The translations under genes were made by a program, and so were the position numbers. Shown here one piece after another: positions 1 through 8,990 of a DNA stretch of 64,000 nt (position 1 is its first letter; the number at the start of each line of letters is the position of its first letter). The notes below the pieces were generated by a model. The model worked only from the letters and a program-made list of their open reading frames with translations. It ran no database searches and was not told the origin of the DNA. Origin of the DNA: a virus (lineage: Duplodnaviria; Heunggongvirae; Uroviricota; Caudoviricetes); IMG/VR virus record IMGVR_UViG_3300044951_001136. The stretch is one strand, 5' to 3'.

Positions 1-1
1 T

Positions 2-661
2 AATGTATCCGGACAAGTAGCCAATGCATTAGTAGCAGGTACAGTATACACGAATGCACAACCAAATATTACAAGTGTCGGTACACTTACTGGATTAACT
101 AGCGGAGGTGTAGTAAATCTTACTACGGCAAGTAATGTAGCATTAGGGTCAAATGCTAATGTTCATATTACCGGCGGCACTGCTAATTATGCATTGATAA
201 CGAATGGAACGGGAGCTTTAAGTTGGAGCGATATTAGTGGTATTTCGGGCAGTACAGCACAGACAGTTACTACCTGGGTCCCTACATTAACTGCAACAGG
301 TGGCGGAACATTCACTTATAGTATTCAGACTGGTTATTATATTAAAAGCGGCAGAAGTGTATCATGTTTCTTCACCATAACGATAACAGGTGTAACTGGC
401 GTGTCTGGTACAGTGCGTGTTAGTAACTTGCCGGCGACTGCAATTAATCAAACTAATGCAGGAGGTGGAGCACTAGACAACTATAGTTTCGCAGTATTAC
501 CTTCACATGTGACAGGATTAGTAGCTGCAAATAACACATATATGGATCTATATTGGCATGATCGTACAGGTTCAACTAATACAATAGCGTTGATGACTAC
601 AGGACTATTAGGTACGTCAGCTACTTTAATCGGACGTGTAACTTATATTTCCGCAACATAA
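2..661 (+). CDS. 3' end of a tail-fibre-like virion protein (5' truncated by window)
   Basis: Frame is open from base 2 (NVSGQVANALVAGTVYTNAQPNITSVGTLT...) into track ORF 194..661. G/T/S/N-rich. Shares AQPNITSVG and LGSxxNxHITGG..Y.L.TxG.G.LSW motifs with the fibres at 27873 and 55548. Confidence 0.75.
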   Translation, partial: NVSGQVANALVAGTVYTNAQPNITSVGTLTGLTSGGVVNLTTASNVALGSNANVHITGGTANYALITNGTGALSWSDISGISGSTAQTVTTWVPTLTATGGGTFTYSIQTGYYIKSGRSVSCFFTITITGVTGVSGTVRVSNLPATAINQTNAGGGALDNYSFAVLPSHVTGLVAANNTYMDLYWHDRTGSTNTIALMTTGLLGTSATLIGRVTYISAT

Positions 662-672
662 GCAAGTTAGGT

Positions 673-680
673 TATAAATA
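673..680 (+). promoter_or_regulatory. T4-type late promoter TATAAATA
   Basis: Exact T4 late consensus, 6 nt before ATG 687. Confidence 0.7.
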
Positions 681-686
681 CTCATC

Positions 687-962
687 ATGAGTATATTTGA
701 TCCTTTTAATCAAGCGAAGTTACAAAACGGACTATCAAAAGTTCGTAATGCCACTATACCTAAAAAGGACATGTCACTTGATGAGCTAAAGCGATTGAGT
801 GGTGTTGATAAAGTTCAACCAGAATACAAAGTAGTTGACAATCAACAAAAACATCAGTTCATGCGTGAGAACAATATAAAGCCAGGTGATCAAGCCTGGT
901 TTAAACTTTGGTACGCTAAACCTCACATTACTGGTGAAGACCCTTTCGGAAAGAATAAATGA
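687..962 (+). CDS. hypothetical late protein (91 aa)
   Basis: ORF after a late promoter; stop overlaps terminase start (ATGA). Confidence 0.75.
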   Translation: MSIFDPFNQAKLQNGLSKVRNATIPKKDMSLDELKRLSGVDKVQPEYKVVDNQQKHQFMRENNIKPGDQAWFKLWYAKPHITGEDPFGKNK

Positions 963-2527
963 GTAGCAAAAATGCAAACATAGGTAGCGGGCCTTCTTTA
1001 GTAAAGAACCCCTATACTAAAACAAAATTCAACAATGATAAAGAATTACAAGACTTTATCAGATGCTGTGATCCTGACACAGGTTATCTATACTTCATGG
1101 ATAACTTCTTTATGATACAACATCCTACTAAAGGTAGCATGGTATATCACCCTTATGGATATCAAAAAAGATTAATCAATACATATCATAATTATAGATT
1201 TAGTATAAGTTTGATGCCAAGACAGTCAGGAAAATCCACATCAGCGGCCGGGTATCTTCTTTGGTACGCTATGTTTAAACCAGATAGCACGATTCTTATT
1301 GCAGCACACAAGTACACCGGCGCACAGGAAATTATGCAAAGGGTGAGGTACGCCTACGAAAACTGCCCAGATTACATCAAAGCGGGTGCTACAACTTACA
1401 ACAAGGGTAATTTAGACTTTGAAAATGGTAGTCGCATTGTAAGTGCTACAACAACTGAAAACACAGGTCGTGGTATGAGTATTACATTACTATACCTTGA
1501 TGAGTTTGCATTCGTCAGACCAAGTATTGCTAAAGAATTCTGGACTGCTATTACACCAACATTGTCAACTGGTGGTAAAGCGATTATTACAAGCACTCCA
1601 AACAGTGATGAAGATCAGTTTGCTTTTATTTGGAAAGGGGCTAACAAAACTGAAGATGAATTTGGCAACACCACTGAATTGGGTGTTAATGGTTTCAAAG
1701 CATACCGCGCACACTGGAGTGAACAACCGGGACGAGATGAAAAATGGGCGAACGAAATGAGGGCACAACTCGGGGATGATAGGTTCGAGCGGGAAATAAA
1801 TTGTGAATTTATTATTGCGGATGAAACTCTTATCAATCCTAATACATTATTGATGTTGTCGGGTATAGAACCTATAACTAGAATGGGACAAGTTCGTTGG
1901 TATCAAAAACCAAAAAAGGGTAATATCTATACAGTAGCATTAGATCCAAGTATTGGAACAGGTAATGACCCAGCAGCAATACAAATCTTTGAAGCAAATA
2001 CAGTTACTCAAATCGGTGAATGGAAACACAATAAAACGGATATCCCAACACAAATTAAACTTATAGCACAGATAAACAAACATATCGTAGAATGTACAGG
2101 GGAACCAAACAACCTGTATTATTCAGTGGAGAATAACAGCATAGGTGAAGCAGCATTAGTGTCATTAAACGAATATGGGGAAAATAATATTCCCGGAACA
2201 TTTATAAGTGAACCCGGTAAAAAGCGTAAGGGCTTTAACACTTCAAACAAAAGTAAATTAACCGCTTGCGCTAAGTTCAAAACCTTAATAGAAAGTAAGA
2301 AACTAACTGTAAATAGTCGCAGTCTTATTAGTGAATTAAAAGCATTTGTGGCCCATGGTGGTAGTTATGCTGCTAAAATTGGTGACCATGATGACCTCGT
2401 AATGGCGTCACTCTTATCAATTCGCATGATTCAAGAACTTGGTTCGTATCATTTTGAGTTAGATAGTTATGTCAGAGACCATGAAGAATTTGTTGCTCCA
2501 TTACCCTTCTTTGCAGTGTTGTCGTAA
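959..2527 (+). CDS. terL: terminase large subunit (T4 gp17-like)
   Basis: Walker A PRQSGKS, Walker B LLYLDEFAF, ITSTPN coupling motif, RNase H-like ALDPSIGTGND and HDDLVMA. Confidence 0.95.
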   Translation: MSSKNANIGSGPSLVKNPYTKTKFNNDKELQDFIRCCDPDTGYLYFMDNFFMIQHPTKGSMVYHPYGYQKRLINTYHNYRFSISLMPRQSGKSTSAAGYLLWYAMFKPDSTILIAAHKYTGAQEIMQRVRYAYENCPDYIKAGATTYNKGNLDFENGSRIVSATTTENTGRGMSITLLYLDEFAFVRPSIAKEFWTAITPTLSTGGKAIITSTPNSDEDQFAFIWKGANKTEDEFGNTTELGVNGFKAYRAHWSEQPGRDEKWANEMRAQLGDDRFEREINCEFIIADETLINPNTLLMLSGIEPITRMGQVRWYQKPKKGNIYTVALDPSIGTGNDPAAIQIFEANTVTQIGEWKHNKTDIPTQIKLIAQINKHIVECTGEPNNLYYSVENNSIGEAALVSLNEYGENNIPGTFISEPGKKRKGFNTSNKSKLTACAKFKTLIESKKLTVNSRSLISELKAFVAHGGSYAAKIGDHDDLVMASLLSIRMIQELGSYHFELDSYVRDHEEFVAPLPFFAVLS

Positions 2528-2533
2528 TAAATT

Positions 2534-2541
2534 GATAAATA
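2534..2541 (+). promoter_or_regulatory. late promoter GATAAATA
   Basis: Intergenic T4-late-like box upstream of 2563. Confidence 0.6.
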
Positions 2542-2562
2542 CTCTATTAGAAAAACTACCAA

Positions 2563-4065
2563 ATGCCAACAAATACCGAATCATTAAACCGCGAACTGTT
2601 TAGATTACTTTCTAAATACAAACCAAAACCATTAGATGCTGAAGGCAAAGCTACTCCTATCCCCGATGAAGCAGATATTTTCAAGTTTGAATTCACTAAA
2701 GACGGGAAAGATTACGGAACTGTTTATGCCACATTAGATGAAGATAGAGTATTAACTGTATATTTTGGCGATGATGTAACCGATAGTCCTGATGGTAAAA
2801 CACCCGGACTAGATTACGATGACACCTGGAGTGGACTACTACATCAATTAAGTGCTTGGAGAATGACCAAAGGACTTAAAGGATTTAATACACAAAACAA
2901 AGACCGTGTTGGAGATGACATGGCCAGAAGGAACCATATGAAGAACAAAGATAAACTAGCAGAAGGTTACTACGCCACAGGTAAGAAGTCAAGTTATAGT
3001 GATGCTGTGCCCACCGTAAAGATTGTAATTGAACATAGCCGTGTTATTGAAGAAGGTGAACAACGCTATCGTAACATCAACCGAATTTTTCTAGAAAATC
3101 AATTAGGTGAACGCTATTTACTTGATACCAAGAAGCCAGGTATTGCCCGTGTCTATGCCAGACATATCGCTGAGGGTGGCAAGGTCAATGATGATCGTTG
3201 GAGTCACATTGGTAGTCTTTGTGAAGAATATACCAAGATGGCTGGGTTTGTTCGTGCCACACGCAATGGTCAATTCAATGAATCAGCACAATCATTGGTG
3301 AACGAAGGTATTGCACATTATCAAAGTTTGCGTGAATCATTAAGCCGTATGACTGGCAAGCGCGGATACAATGTTTATTTTGAAAGTTGGACCCCTGCAT
3401 TAATGGAAGATGGAACTGAAGAAAATACCCTAAATGAATTATTTGTACAAGAGACATTAGATCCGCGTATTGAAAGTGTAATGCCAATATTGAATAGAAT
3501 ACATAAGAAGGTTTCTGAATCCGTAGTTGACATAGAGATGAGCAAGTTAGCAGAGTGGGCTGATGGGTTGACAGAAGCCGAAGGGGAAAGTTTAACAAGT
3601 AACAATTCAATTGGTATTCCTGAAGAAGGTGTGGCGGAAGGCTCACTAAACGAATCTGATAAATTTACAAGTTGGTATGATTGGAAAGATCAGGCTAAGA
3701 GTAGTGGGTATACTATTACGAAAAAAGATAATAAAATAGTAGCATTGAACAAACAAGACCAAGTAGTGGGTCATTGGTCTGATGTTGGCAAGTTCCTAAG
3801 TGGTAAGGCACCTCGTCCAAATTTCAAACGACCAGACGAGCAAGGTGTGGCGGAAGATTTAGATGCTGATCAAAAGCGGGTAGGTCAATTAGGCCCAACA
3901 GGTGGACCTGCTAAACCGGGTGACTTAGTTGGCGCCACTGAAAACTTCATCAATACGGTTGACCAAGCTGTTGTATCTGAAGAAGATGAAATGACTGAAG
4001 GTATTGTGAAAGAAGGGCAAGATGACTTAGACCGTATCTTACAGATTATGAAACACAGAAGATAA
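2563..4065 (+). CDS. putative head/internal virion protein with acidic modular C-terminus
   Basis: 500 aa; late promoter; repeated EGVAE motifs; acidic tail ending in amphipathic helix DDLDRILQIMKHRR. Confidence 0.6.
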   Translation: MPTNTESLNRELFRLLSKYKPKPLDAEGKATPIPDEADIFKFEFTKDGKDYGTVYATLDEDRVLTVYFGDDVTDSPDGKTPGLDYDDTWSGLLHQLSAWRMTKGLKGFNTQNKDRVGDDMARRNHMKNKDKLAEGYYATGKKSSYSDAVPTVKIVIEHSRVIEEGEQRYRNINRIFLENQLGERYLLDTKKPGIARVYARHIAEGGKVNDDRWSHIGSLCEEYTKMAGFVRATRNGQFNESAQSLVNEGIAHYQSLRESLSRMTGKRGYNVYFESWTPALMEDGTEENTLNELFVQETLDPRIESVMPILNRIHKKVSESVVDIEMSKLAEWADGLTEAEGESLTSNNSIGIPEEGVAEGSLNESDKFTSWYDWKDQAKSSGYTITKKDNKIVALNKQDQVVGHWSDVGKFLSGKAPRPNFKRPDEQGVAEDLDADQKRVGQLGPTGGPAKPGDLVGATENFINTVDQAVVSEEDEMTEGIVKEGQDDLDRILQIMKHRR

Positions 4066-4083
4066 GGGTAAATTACTTATCAA

Positions 4084-4108
4084 AAACCTCACTTAAAAGG
4101 TGAGGTTT
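4084..4108 (+). terminator. hairpin/intrinsic terminator
   Basis: AAACCTCAC/GTGAGGTTT inverted repeat right after the 2563..4065 stop. Confidence 0.55.
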
Positions 4109-4119
4109 GCCATAACTGG

Positions 4120-4159
4120 CATAAATACTCTTGACGAATCGCTACAAGTAGTGTATACT
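4120..4159 (+). promoter_or_regulatory. tandem late (CATAAATA) and sigma70 (TTGACG-17-TATACT) promoters of ssb
   Basis: CATAAATA 4120-4127; TTGACG 4131-4136; TATACT 4154-4159. Confidence 0.65.
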
Positions 4160-4231
4160 TGTGATTCGTTAGTTACATAATTATGTGTAGCGAATTGTAA
4201 ACAAAGACCATCTTAATATAAAGGAAACAAA

Positions 4232-5218
4232 ATGGCTTCACTCCAAGAAATCCGCGCTCGGCTCGCAGCGCAAGACAACAAATCCCAAAACAAAAACTCT
4301 TCACCTCAAGGTGACGGCGCTGCCTATCCTCACTGGAATATGGACGAAGGCTCAACAGCTTCTATTCGTTTCTTGCCCGATGATGACAGTAAAAATGAAT
4401 TCTTCTGGGTAGAAAAACAAATCATCAAACTCCCATTCAATGGAGTTAAAGGTCACCCTGATATGAAGAAGGTTGATGTACAAGTTCCATGCATGGAAAT
4501 GTATAATGGCAGTTGCCCAATCTTAGCAGAAGTTCGTCCTTGGTACAAGGATGAGACATTGAAAGAAATGGCTAACAAATATTGGAAGAAGCGTAGTTAC
4601 TTGTTTCAGGGTTTTGTTCGTCAAAATCCAATTGGTGCAGACACTACACCAGCGAATCCTATTCGTAGATTCATTATCAGTCCGCAAATTATCCCAATCA
4701 TTAAGAGTGGGTTGATGGATCCTGAAATCATGGAATTGCCAACTGACTATCTTAAGGGTCTTGATTTTACAATTAAGAAAACTTCTAAAGGTGGTTATGC
4801 TGATTATTCAACTAGTAATTGGTCACGCCGTGAATCAGCATTGACAGAAGTAGAAGCAGCAGCAATTGAAGCACATGGATTGTTTAATCTAATAGACTTC
4901 TTGCCCAAGAAGCCTTCAGAAGCTGAATTGCGTATCATCAAGGAAATGTTTGAAGCAAGTGTTGACGGTCAACAATATGATCCTGAACGCTGGGGTCAAT
5001 ACTATCGCCCATGGGGCATTGACGCCCCTTCAGGGTCATCAGCACGAGTTGCAGCAGTCGCACCAGCTAGTCTACCCGCTTGGGAAAAGGATGTTGCAGC
5101 AGCAGAGGCATCGTTCACTCCTGCTACAGTTGTAGTTCCGGTAGCAGCGGCAACTACATCAAGTGACAAAGCAGCAGACATTTTAGCCCTTATTAAGGCT
5201 AGACAAATCAAGTCTTAA
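4232..5218 (+). CDS. 32: single-stranded DNA-binding protein (T4 gp32-like)
   Basis: IRFLP, VPCMEMY..CPI, YWKKRSY motifs of the gp32 family; lies upstream of uvsX/uvsY. Confidence 0.85.
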   Translation: MASLQEIRARLAAQDNKSQNKNSSPQGDGAAYPHWNMDEGSTASIRFLPDDDSKNEFFWVEKQIIKLPFNGVKGHPDMKKVDVQVPCMEMYNGSCPILAEVRPWYKDETLKEMANKYWKKRSYLFQGFVRQNPIGADTTPANPIRRFIISPQIIPIIKSGLMDPEIMELPTDYLKGLDFTIKKTSKGGYADYSTSNWSRRESALTEVEAAAIEAHGLFNLIDFLPKKPSEAELRIIKEMFEASVDGQQYDPERWGQYYRPWGIDAPSGSSARVAAVAPASLPAWEKDVAAAEASFTPATVVVPVAAATTSSDKAADILALIKARQIKS

Positions 5219-5223
5219 TCTTA

Positions 5224-5247
5224 TTAGGGGCCACGGCCCCTAATTTT
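5224..5247 (+). terminator. intrinsic terminator
   Basis: TTAGGGGC-CACG-GCCCCTAA then TTTT. Confidence 0.75.
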
Positions 5248-5258
5248 AGGAAAATATT

Positions 5259-5519
5259 ATGACACTCCCAGACGAAAGATACCGGGCTATGAAGCAAGGT
5301 AAAAAATTGTTAGAAGAATTGTGCGATCCTGGTAAAACACCCAGGGTCCCTGGCATAGTTCGGGCTAGGGCACGAGGAGCATTACGACATTATCCAAGTG
5401 ATTATGATTTGGAAAGAATGGCAGATCAATGTCCCGATATGCTTGATAAAGTATCGTTTACAGATAGAATATATCTGAACCGTGAAATCAATAAAGAAAG
5501 AGAGAATATCAATGGCTAA
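5259..5519 (+). CDS. hypothetical protein (86 aa)
   Basis: AGGA RBS; overlaps the uvsX start. Confidence 0.75.
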   Translation: MTLPDERYRAMKQGKKLLEELCDPGKTPRVPGIVRARARGALRHYPSDYDLERMADQCPDMLDKVSFTDRIYLNREINKERENING

Positions 5520-6579
5520 ACCGTTTGATGTATCAAAATTTAGGAAAGAAATTACTAAGTCTATTGAAGGACTTAGCATAGGATATAACGACCCAACTGA
5601 TTGGATTTCAACTGGTAATTTCGGCTTAAACTATTTGATATCAGGTGATTTTAATAAAGGCGTACCTCTTGGTAAAGTTACTGTCTTTGCCGGAGAGTCT
5701 GGATCAGGTAAATCATTCATCTGCTCAGGAAATCTCGTCCGACATGCACAACAACAAGGCATATATGTTGTATTAATTGACAGCGAAAATGCACTAGATG
5801 AAAAATGGTTGCATGATCTAGGAGTAGACACCAGCGAAACTAAATTGCTCAAGTTGAATATGGCTATGATTGACGATGTAGCAAAGACTATCAGCGAGTT
5901 TATGAAATCATATAAAGTTTTGCCAGAAACAGACAAGCCGAAAGTTTTGTTTATCATTGACAGTCTTGGTATGTTATTGACACCAACTGATGTTAATCAG
6001 TTTGAAGATGGTAACATGAAAGGTGACATGGGTCGCAAACCAAAAGCACTAACTAGTCTTGTTCGCAATTGTGTAAACATGTTTGGTAGTCATAATGTAG
6101 GATTGGTTGCTACTAATCATACCTATGCAAGTCAAGATATGTTTGACCCAGATGATAAAATCTCAGGTGGACAGGGTTTTGTTTATGCAAGTTCAATTGT
6201 AGTTGCTATGAAGAAATTGAAGTTGAAAGAAGATGAAGATGGTAACAAGGTTCCCGAAGTAAATGGTATTCGTGCTGCTTGTAAGATTATGAAAACCCGC
6301 TATGCAAAGCCGTTTGAAACTATTCAAGTTAAGATTCCATACGAAACAGGGATGAGTCCATACAGTGGATTGACTGATATGTTTGAGAAGTCTGGGGCTT
6401 TGAAGAAAGAAGGTAACAGTTTAGTTTTCGTAACTGATTCCGGTGAAATTCTGAAATCATTCCGTAAGGGATGGGAAGCTAATAAAGACGGTTGCTTAGA
6501 TAAAGTTATGCTGGAGTATACTGGAAAATCTAAAAGTGTGATAAGTACTGTAACCGTTGAAGAGGAAATCACAGAATGA
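5512..6579 (+). CDS. uvsX: RecA-like recombinase UvsX
   Basis: Walker A FAGESGSGKS, IDSENALD, FIIDSLGML, GGQGFVYASSI. Start moved to ATG 5512 (MAKPFDVSKFRK). Confidence 0.93.
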   Translation: MAKPFDVSKFRKEITKSIEGLSIGYNDPTDWISTGNFGLNYLISGDFNKGVPLGKVTVFAGESGSGKSFICSGNLVRHAQQQGIYVVLIDSENALDEKWLHDLGVDTSETKLLKLNMAMIDDVAKTISEFMKSYKVLPETDKPKVLFIIDSLGMLLTPTDVNQFEDGNMKGDMGRKPKALTSLVRNCVNMFGSHNVGLVATNHTYASQDMFDPDDKISGGQGFVYASSIVVAMKKLKLKEDEDGNKVPEVNGIRAACKIMKTRYAKPFETIQVKIPYETGMSPYSGLTDMFEKSGALKKEGNSLVFVTDSGEILKSFRKGWEANKDGCLDKVMLEYTGKSKSVISTVTVEEEITE

Positions 6580-6809
6580 GTTTAGATATTATTGCAGAAG
6601 TTTGGGATGCATTGCGTGAACATGTTGATTTGAATGATCGTGGTAATGCAGCAGATACACTTGTTAATTTTTTAATTGACAATAATTATGAAATTGATGA
6701 TATCAAAGATGCCTTTAAGGATAAAGATATTACCAAAGCATTAAAAGGATATGCCGAAGAACATTTTCAAGACGAAGATGAAGAAGATGATGCTGACGAC
6801 TGGGACTAA
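6576..6809 (+). CDS. small acidic hypothetical protein
   Basis: 77 aa, D/E-rich C-terminus; coupled between uvsX and uvsY. Confidence 0.75.
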   Translation: MSLDIIAEVWDALREHVDLNDRGNAADTLVNFLIDNNYEIDDIKDAFKDKDITKALKGYAEEHFQDEDEEDDADDWD

Positions 6810-7268
6810 ATGAATTGGTATACCCGCATAACAGTAAATCTAGGTGTACTCCCAGATTTCATTCAGTACTTTGAAGCTGAATTAGAACATGCAAAAAAAG
6901 AGGTAAAGATATATGGTAATGTTGAAAAGAACATTGCTGCAATACCCGGGGTAACAGAACACAGATTTAATCAATTACAAGAAGTAGAAGCGGTGCTTAA
7001 CTACTTAAATATTCAATTACGGAAAATTCGCCGAAAACATTTTCAAAAATATTTAGAAGCGTATAATAGAGCATTGACAAGCCGTGATGCTGAAAAATAT
7101 GCTGAAGGTGAAGATGAAGTAATTGACATGGAAGTTTTGATTAACGAAGTAGCTTATCTTAGAAATAAGTTTTTAGGAATTATGAAGGCATTAGAATCAA
7201 AAAATTTCATGCTGGGTCATATTACTCGGTTGCGGGCAGCAGGTATGGAAGATATTACAATAGGTTAA
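6810..7268 (+). CDS. uvsY: recombination mediator UvsY
   Basis: Helical protein with KYLEAYNRALTSRDAEKY and LESKNFMLGHITRLR pattern; follows uvsX. Confidence 0.75.
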   Translation: MNWYTRITVNLGVLPDFIQYFEAELEHAKKEVKIYGNVEKNIAAIPGVTEHRFNQLQEVEAVLNYLNIQLRKIRRKHFQKYLEAYNRALTSRDAEKYAEGEDEVIDMEVLINEVAYLRNKFLGIMKALESKNFMLGHITRLRAAGMEDITIG

Positions 7269-7286
7269 CAATGAAAGAAATTACAA

Positions 7287-8096
7287 TTGACTAATTCAAA
7301 TTCAAATACAAATCAAATTGCAGCGCAGCAAGTATCCCTTAATGCAATCGCTACACAGTCCTTGACACCGTTTGGTGCTAGTGGTGGCATCTTCAACATG
7401 AATATTCTTGGGGAAGCTATTGATTGTGATAATAAGTATGTAAAGAAATCTATAGTGGTTGAAACCACAGAAGATGTTTTAGCATTGAGTGTTACTTGGC
7501 ATAGATTGCGAACACTAATCAATCAAGGTATTAGTACTATAGATAGACCAACTAAACTTACTGATGACATCTTATTCAAAGAAATGATTCAGGAAGATAG
7601 AGAAAAGGCTAATATTATCCGTGACTATTACAGCAAGAAACTTATGATGAGTAACTTACGAGGTCAACGGATTTCTAATTATAGAAAAGATTTATCTATA
7701 TTCATCCATGGAGATGGCAAAGTAGTTAAAGAAGAATTCATGCCTTTGATTTATCGTCTACCTGAATTCCATGAACATGATATCGGCACCGATGAAATGT
7801 TTAGAAATTTGAATACTAGGTTTGAAGGGCCAGCGCAAGTATATCCTAAAGTATTAAATTTAACCCCGGTTAAAAAATTCGCATACAAACGCAAATCAGG
7901 AAAATTCGTTGAGTATTGGTTAAAAGACAGTGATAATATTCCGTATAAGATTGAAGTTTCTGCTATTAATGAATTGATACACTTGTGGGATTACTTTTTT
8001 GACAAAGGTCAATCTATAAGTTTAGATGGGTTAATTAAATTCATGGAGCGTGACGGGGTACATTTTAATAAACTATTTAAGTGGACTCTAGCATAA
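7287..8096 (+). CDS. hypothetical protein
   Basis: 269-aa ORF filling the gap; start uncertain (TTG). Confidence 0.7.
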   Translation: MTNSNSNTNQIAAQQVSLNAIATQSLTPFGASGGIFNMNILGEAIDCDNKYVKKSIVVETTEDVLALSVTWHRLRTLINQGISTIDRPTKLTDDILFKEMIQEDREKANIIRDYYSKKLMMSNLRGQRISNYRKDLSIFIHGDGKVVKEEFMPLIYRLPEFHEHDIGTDEMFRNLNTRFEGPAQVYPKVLNLTPVKKFAYKRKSGKFVEYWLKDSDNIPYKIEVSAINELIHLWDYFFDKGQSISLDGLIKFMERDGVHFNKLFKWTLA

Positions 8097-8126
8097 TTAT
8101 TGTTCTGGTCAGATCAAAATCTGAGG

Positions 8127-8155
8127 TTGACAGTAAATGGCTTTGGGTATATAAT
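8127..8155 (+). promoter_or_regulatory. early sigma70 promoter
   Basis: TTGACA-17 nt-TATAAT, perfect consensus. Confidence 0.9.
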
Positions 8156-8185
8156 AGATACTTAGATTGATTAAAGGACACTAGA

Positions 8186-8410
8186 ATGACTAAGCAATTT
8201 GTACAAGTTAGCGCCCGCAAAGACAGCAATAATTTCATGTACTGTACCAACATGAGCCTGATGGAAAATCAGAAACTGTCTTACCATCAGGCTCTGCGTA
8301 AATTGCAAGTTATGGTTGATGAATATGAACTGAATGGATACAAAGTTGAGTGGACCACTAAAAGTTTTGATGCAGTGGACGAGGAATATTACCGCGAATT
8401 GTTTGCTTAA
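8186..8410 (+). CDS. early hypothetical protein (74 aa)
   Basis: AAGGA RBS, directly under promoter 8127. Confidence 0.8.
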   Translation: MTKQFVQVSARKDSNNFMYCTNMSLMENQKLSYHQALRKLQVMVDEYELNGYKVEWTTKSFDAVDEEYYRELFA

Positions 8411-8412
8411 AC

Positions 8413-8441
8413 TTGACATTAAATGGTTTTGGGTATATAAT
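8413..8441 (+). promoter_or_regulatory. early sigma70 promoter
   Basis: TTGACA-17-TATAAT. Confidence 0.9.
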
Positions 8442-8471
8442 AGAGTCTTATTCAGTCAAAAGGAGTTGTTC

Positions 8472-8690
8472 ATGGCTTACAAAGTTGTCGCAGACAAGCA
8501 TCAAATGGATGAAATGCGTACTAAGTACGGTCCGCGTAAGGGTCTGGAAGGCCCCTTCAACTTCACCGGTCGAGTGTTGTATTATGACAACATAGAGGGT
8601 CAGTACTATGATCCTAAATCGGATTTTTATGTTGAGCAGTCTGAAATGGACCTGATCCATCAGCGAATCGTGAACATACTGAAGGCTTGA
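8472..8690 (+). CDS. early hypothetical protein (72 aa)
   Basis: AGGAG RBS before ATG 8472; the track start at 8334 runs through the promoter and is unlikely. Confidence 0.8.
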   Translation: MAYKVVADKHQMDEMRTKYGPRKGLEGPFNFTGRVLYYDNIEGQYYDPKSDFYVEQSEMDLIHQRIVNILKA

Positions 8691-8715
8691 CAGTAAATGG
8701 GTTTTCGTATATAAT
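8687..8715 (+). promoter_or_regulatory. early sigma70 promoter
   Basis: TTGACA-17-TATAAT; the TGA of TTGACA is the stop of the preceding ORF. Confidence 0.9.
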
Positions 8716-8748
8716 AGACTCTTAAACAGTTAATTAAAGGAATCAAAA

Positions 8749-8931
8749 ATGATTACTACACTCGCACAATTTATTCAGCAATGTGAAGTGTCCTCAAATG
8801 ATCAAATTTATGAAATGTTTGAATTCAATTGCAACGACACTGTCCGTACTGAGGTTTATTTCTGGGCCGATCTTGAAAGCTCGGAACCTTTTCGTAGTGC
8901 TATGTTCAATCTAGGGTTTACTGACTATTGA
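8749..8931 (+). CDS. early hypothetical protein (60 aa)
   Basis: AAGGA RBS, own promoter. Confidence 0.75.
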   Translation: MITTLAQFIQQCEVSSNDQIYEMFEFNCNDTVRTEVYFWADLESSEPFRSAMFNLGFTDY

Positions 8932-8956
8932 CATTAAATCAATTCGGGTATATAAT
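8928..8956 (+). promoter_or_regulatory. early sigma70 promoter
   Basis: TTGACA-17-TATAAT; overlaps the stop of 8749..8931. Confidence 0.9.
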
Positions 8957-8990
8957 AGAGTCTTAATCAGTTAATTACAGGAGTTTTTAT

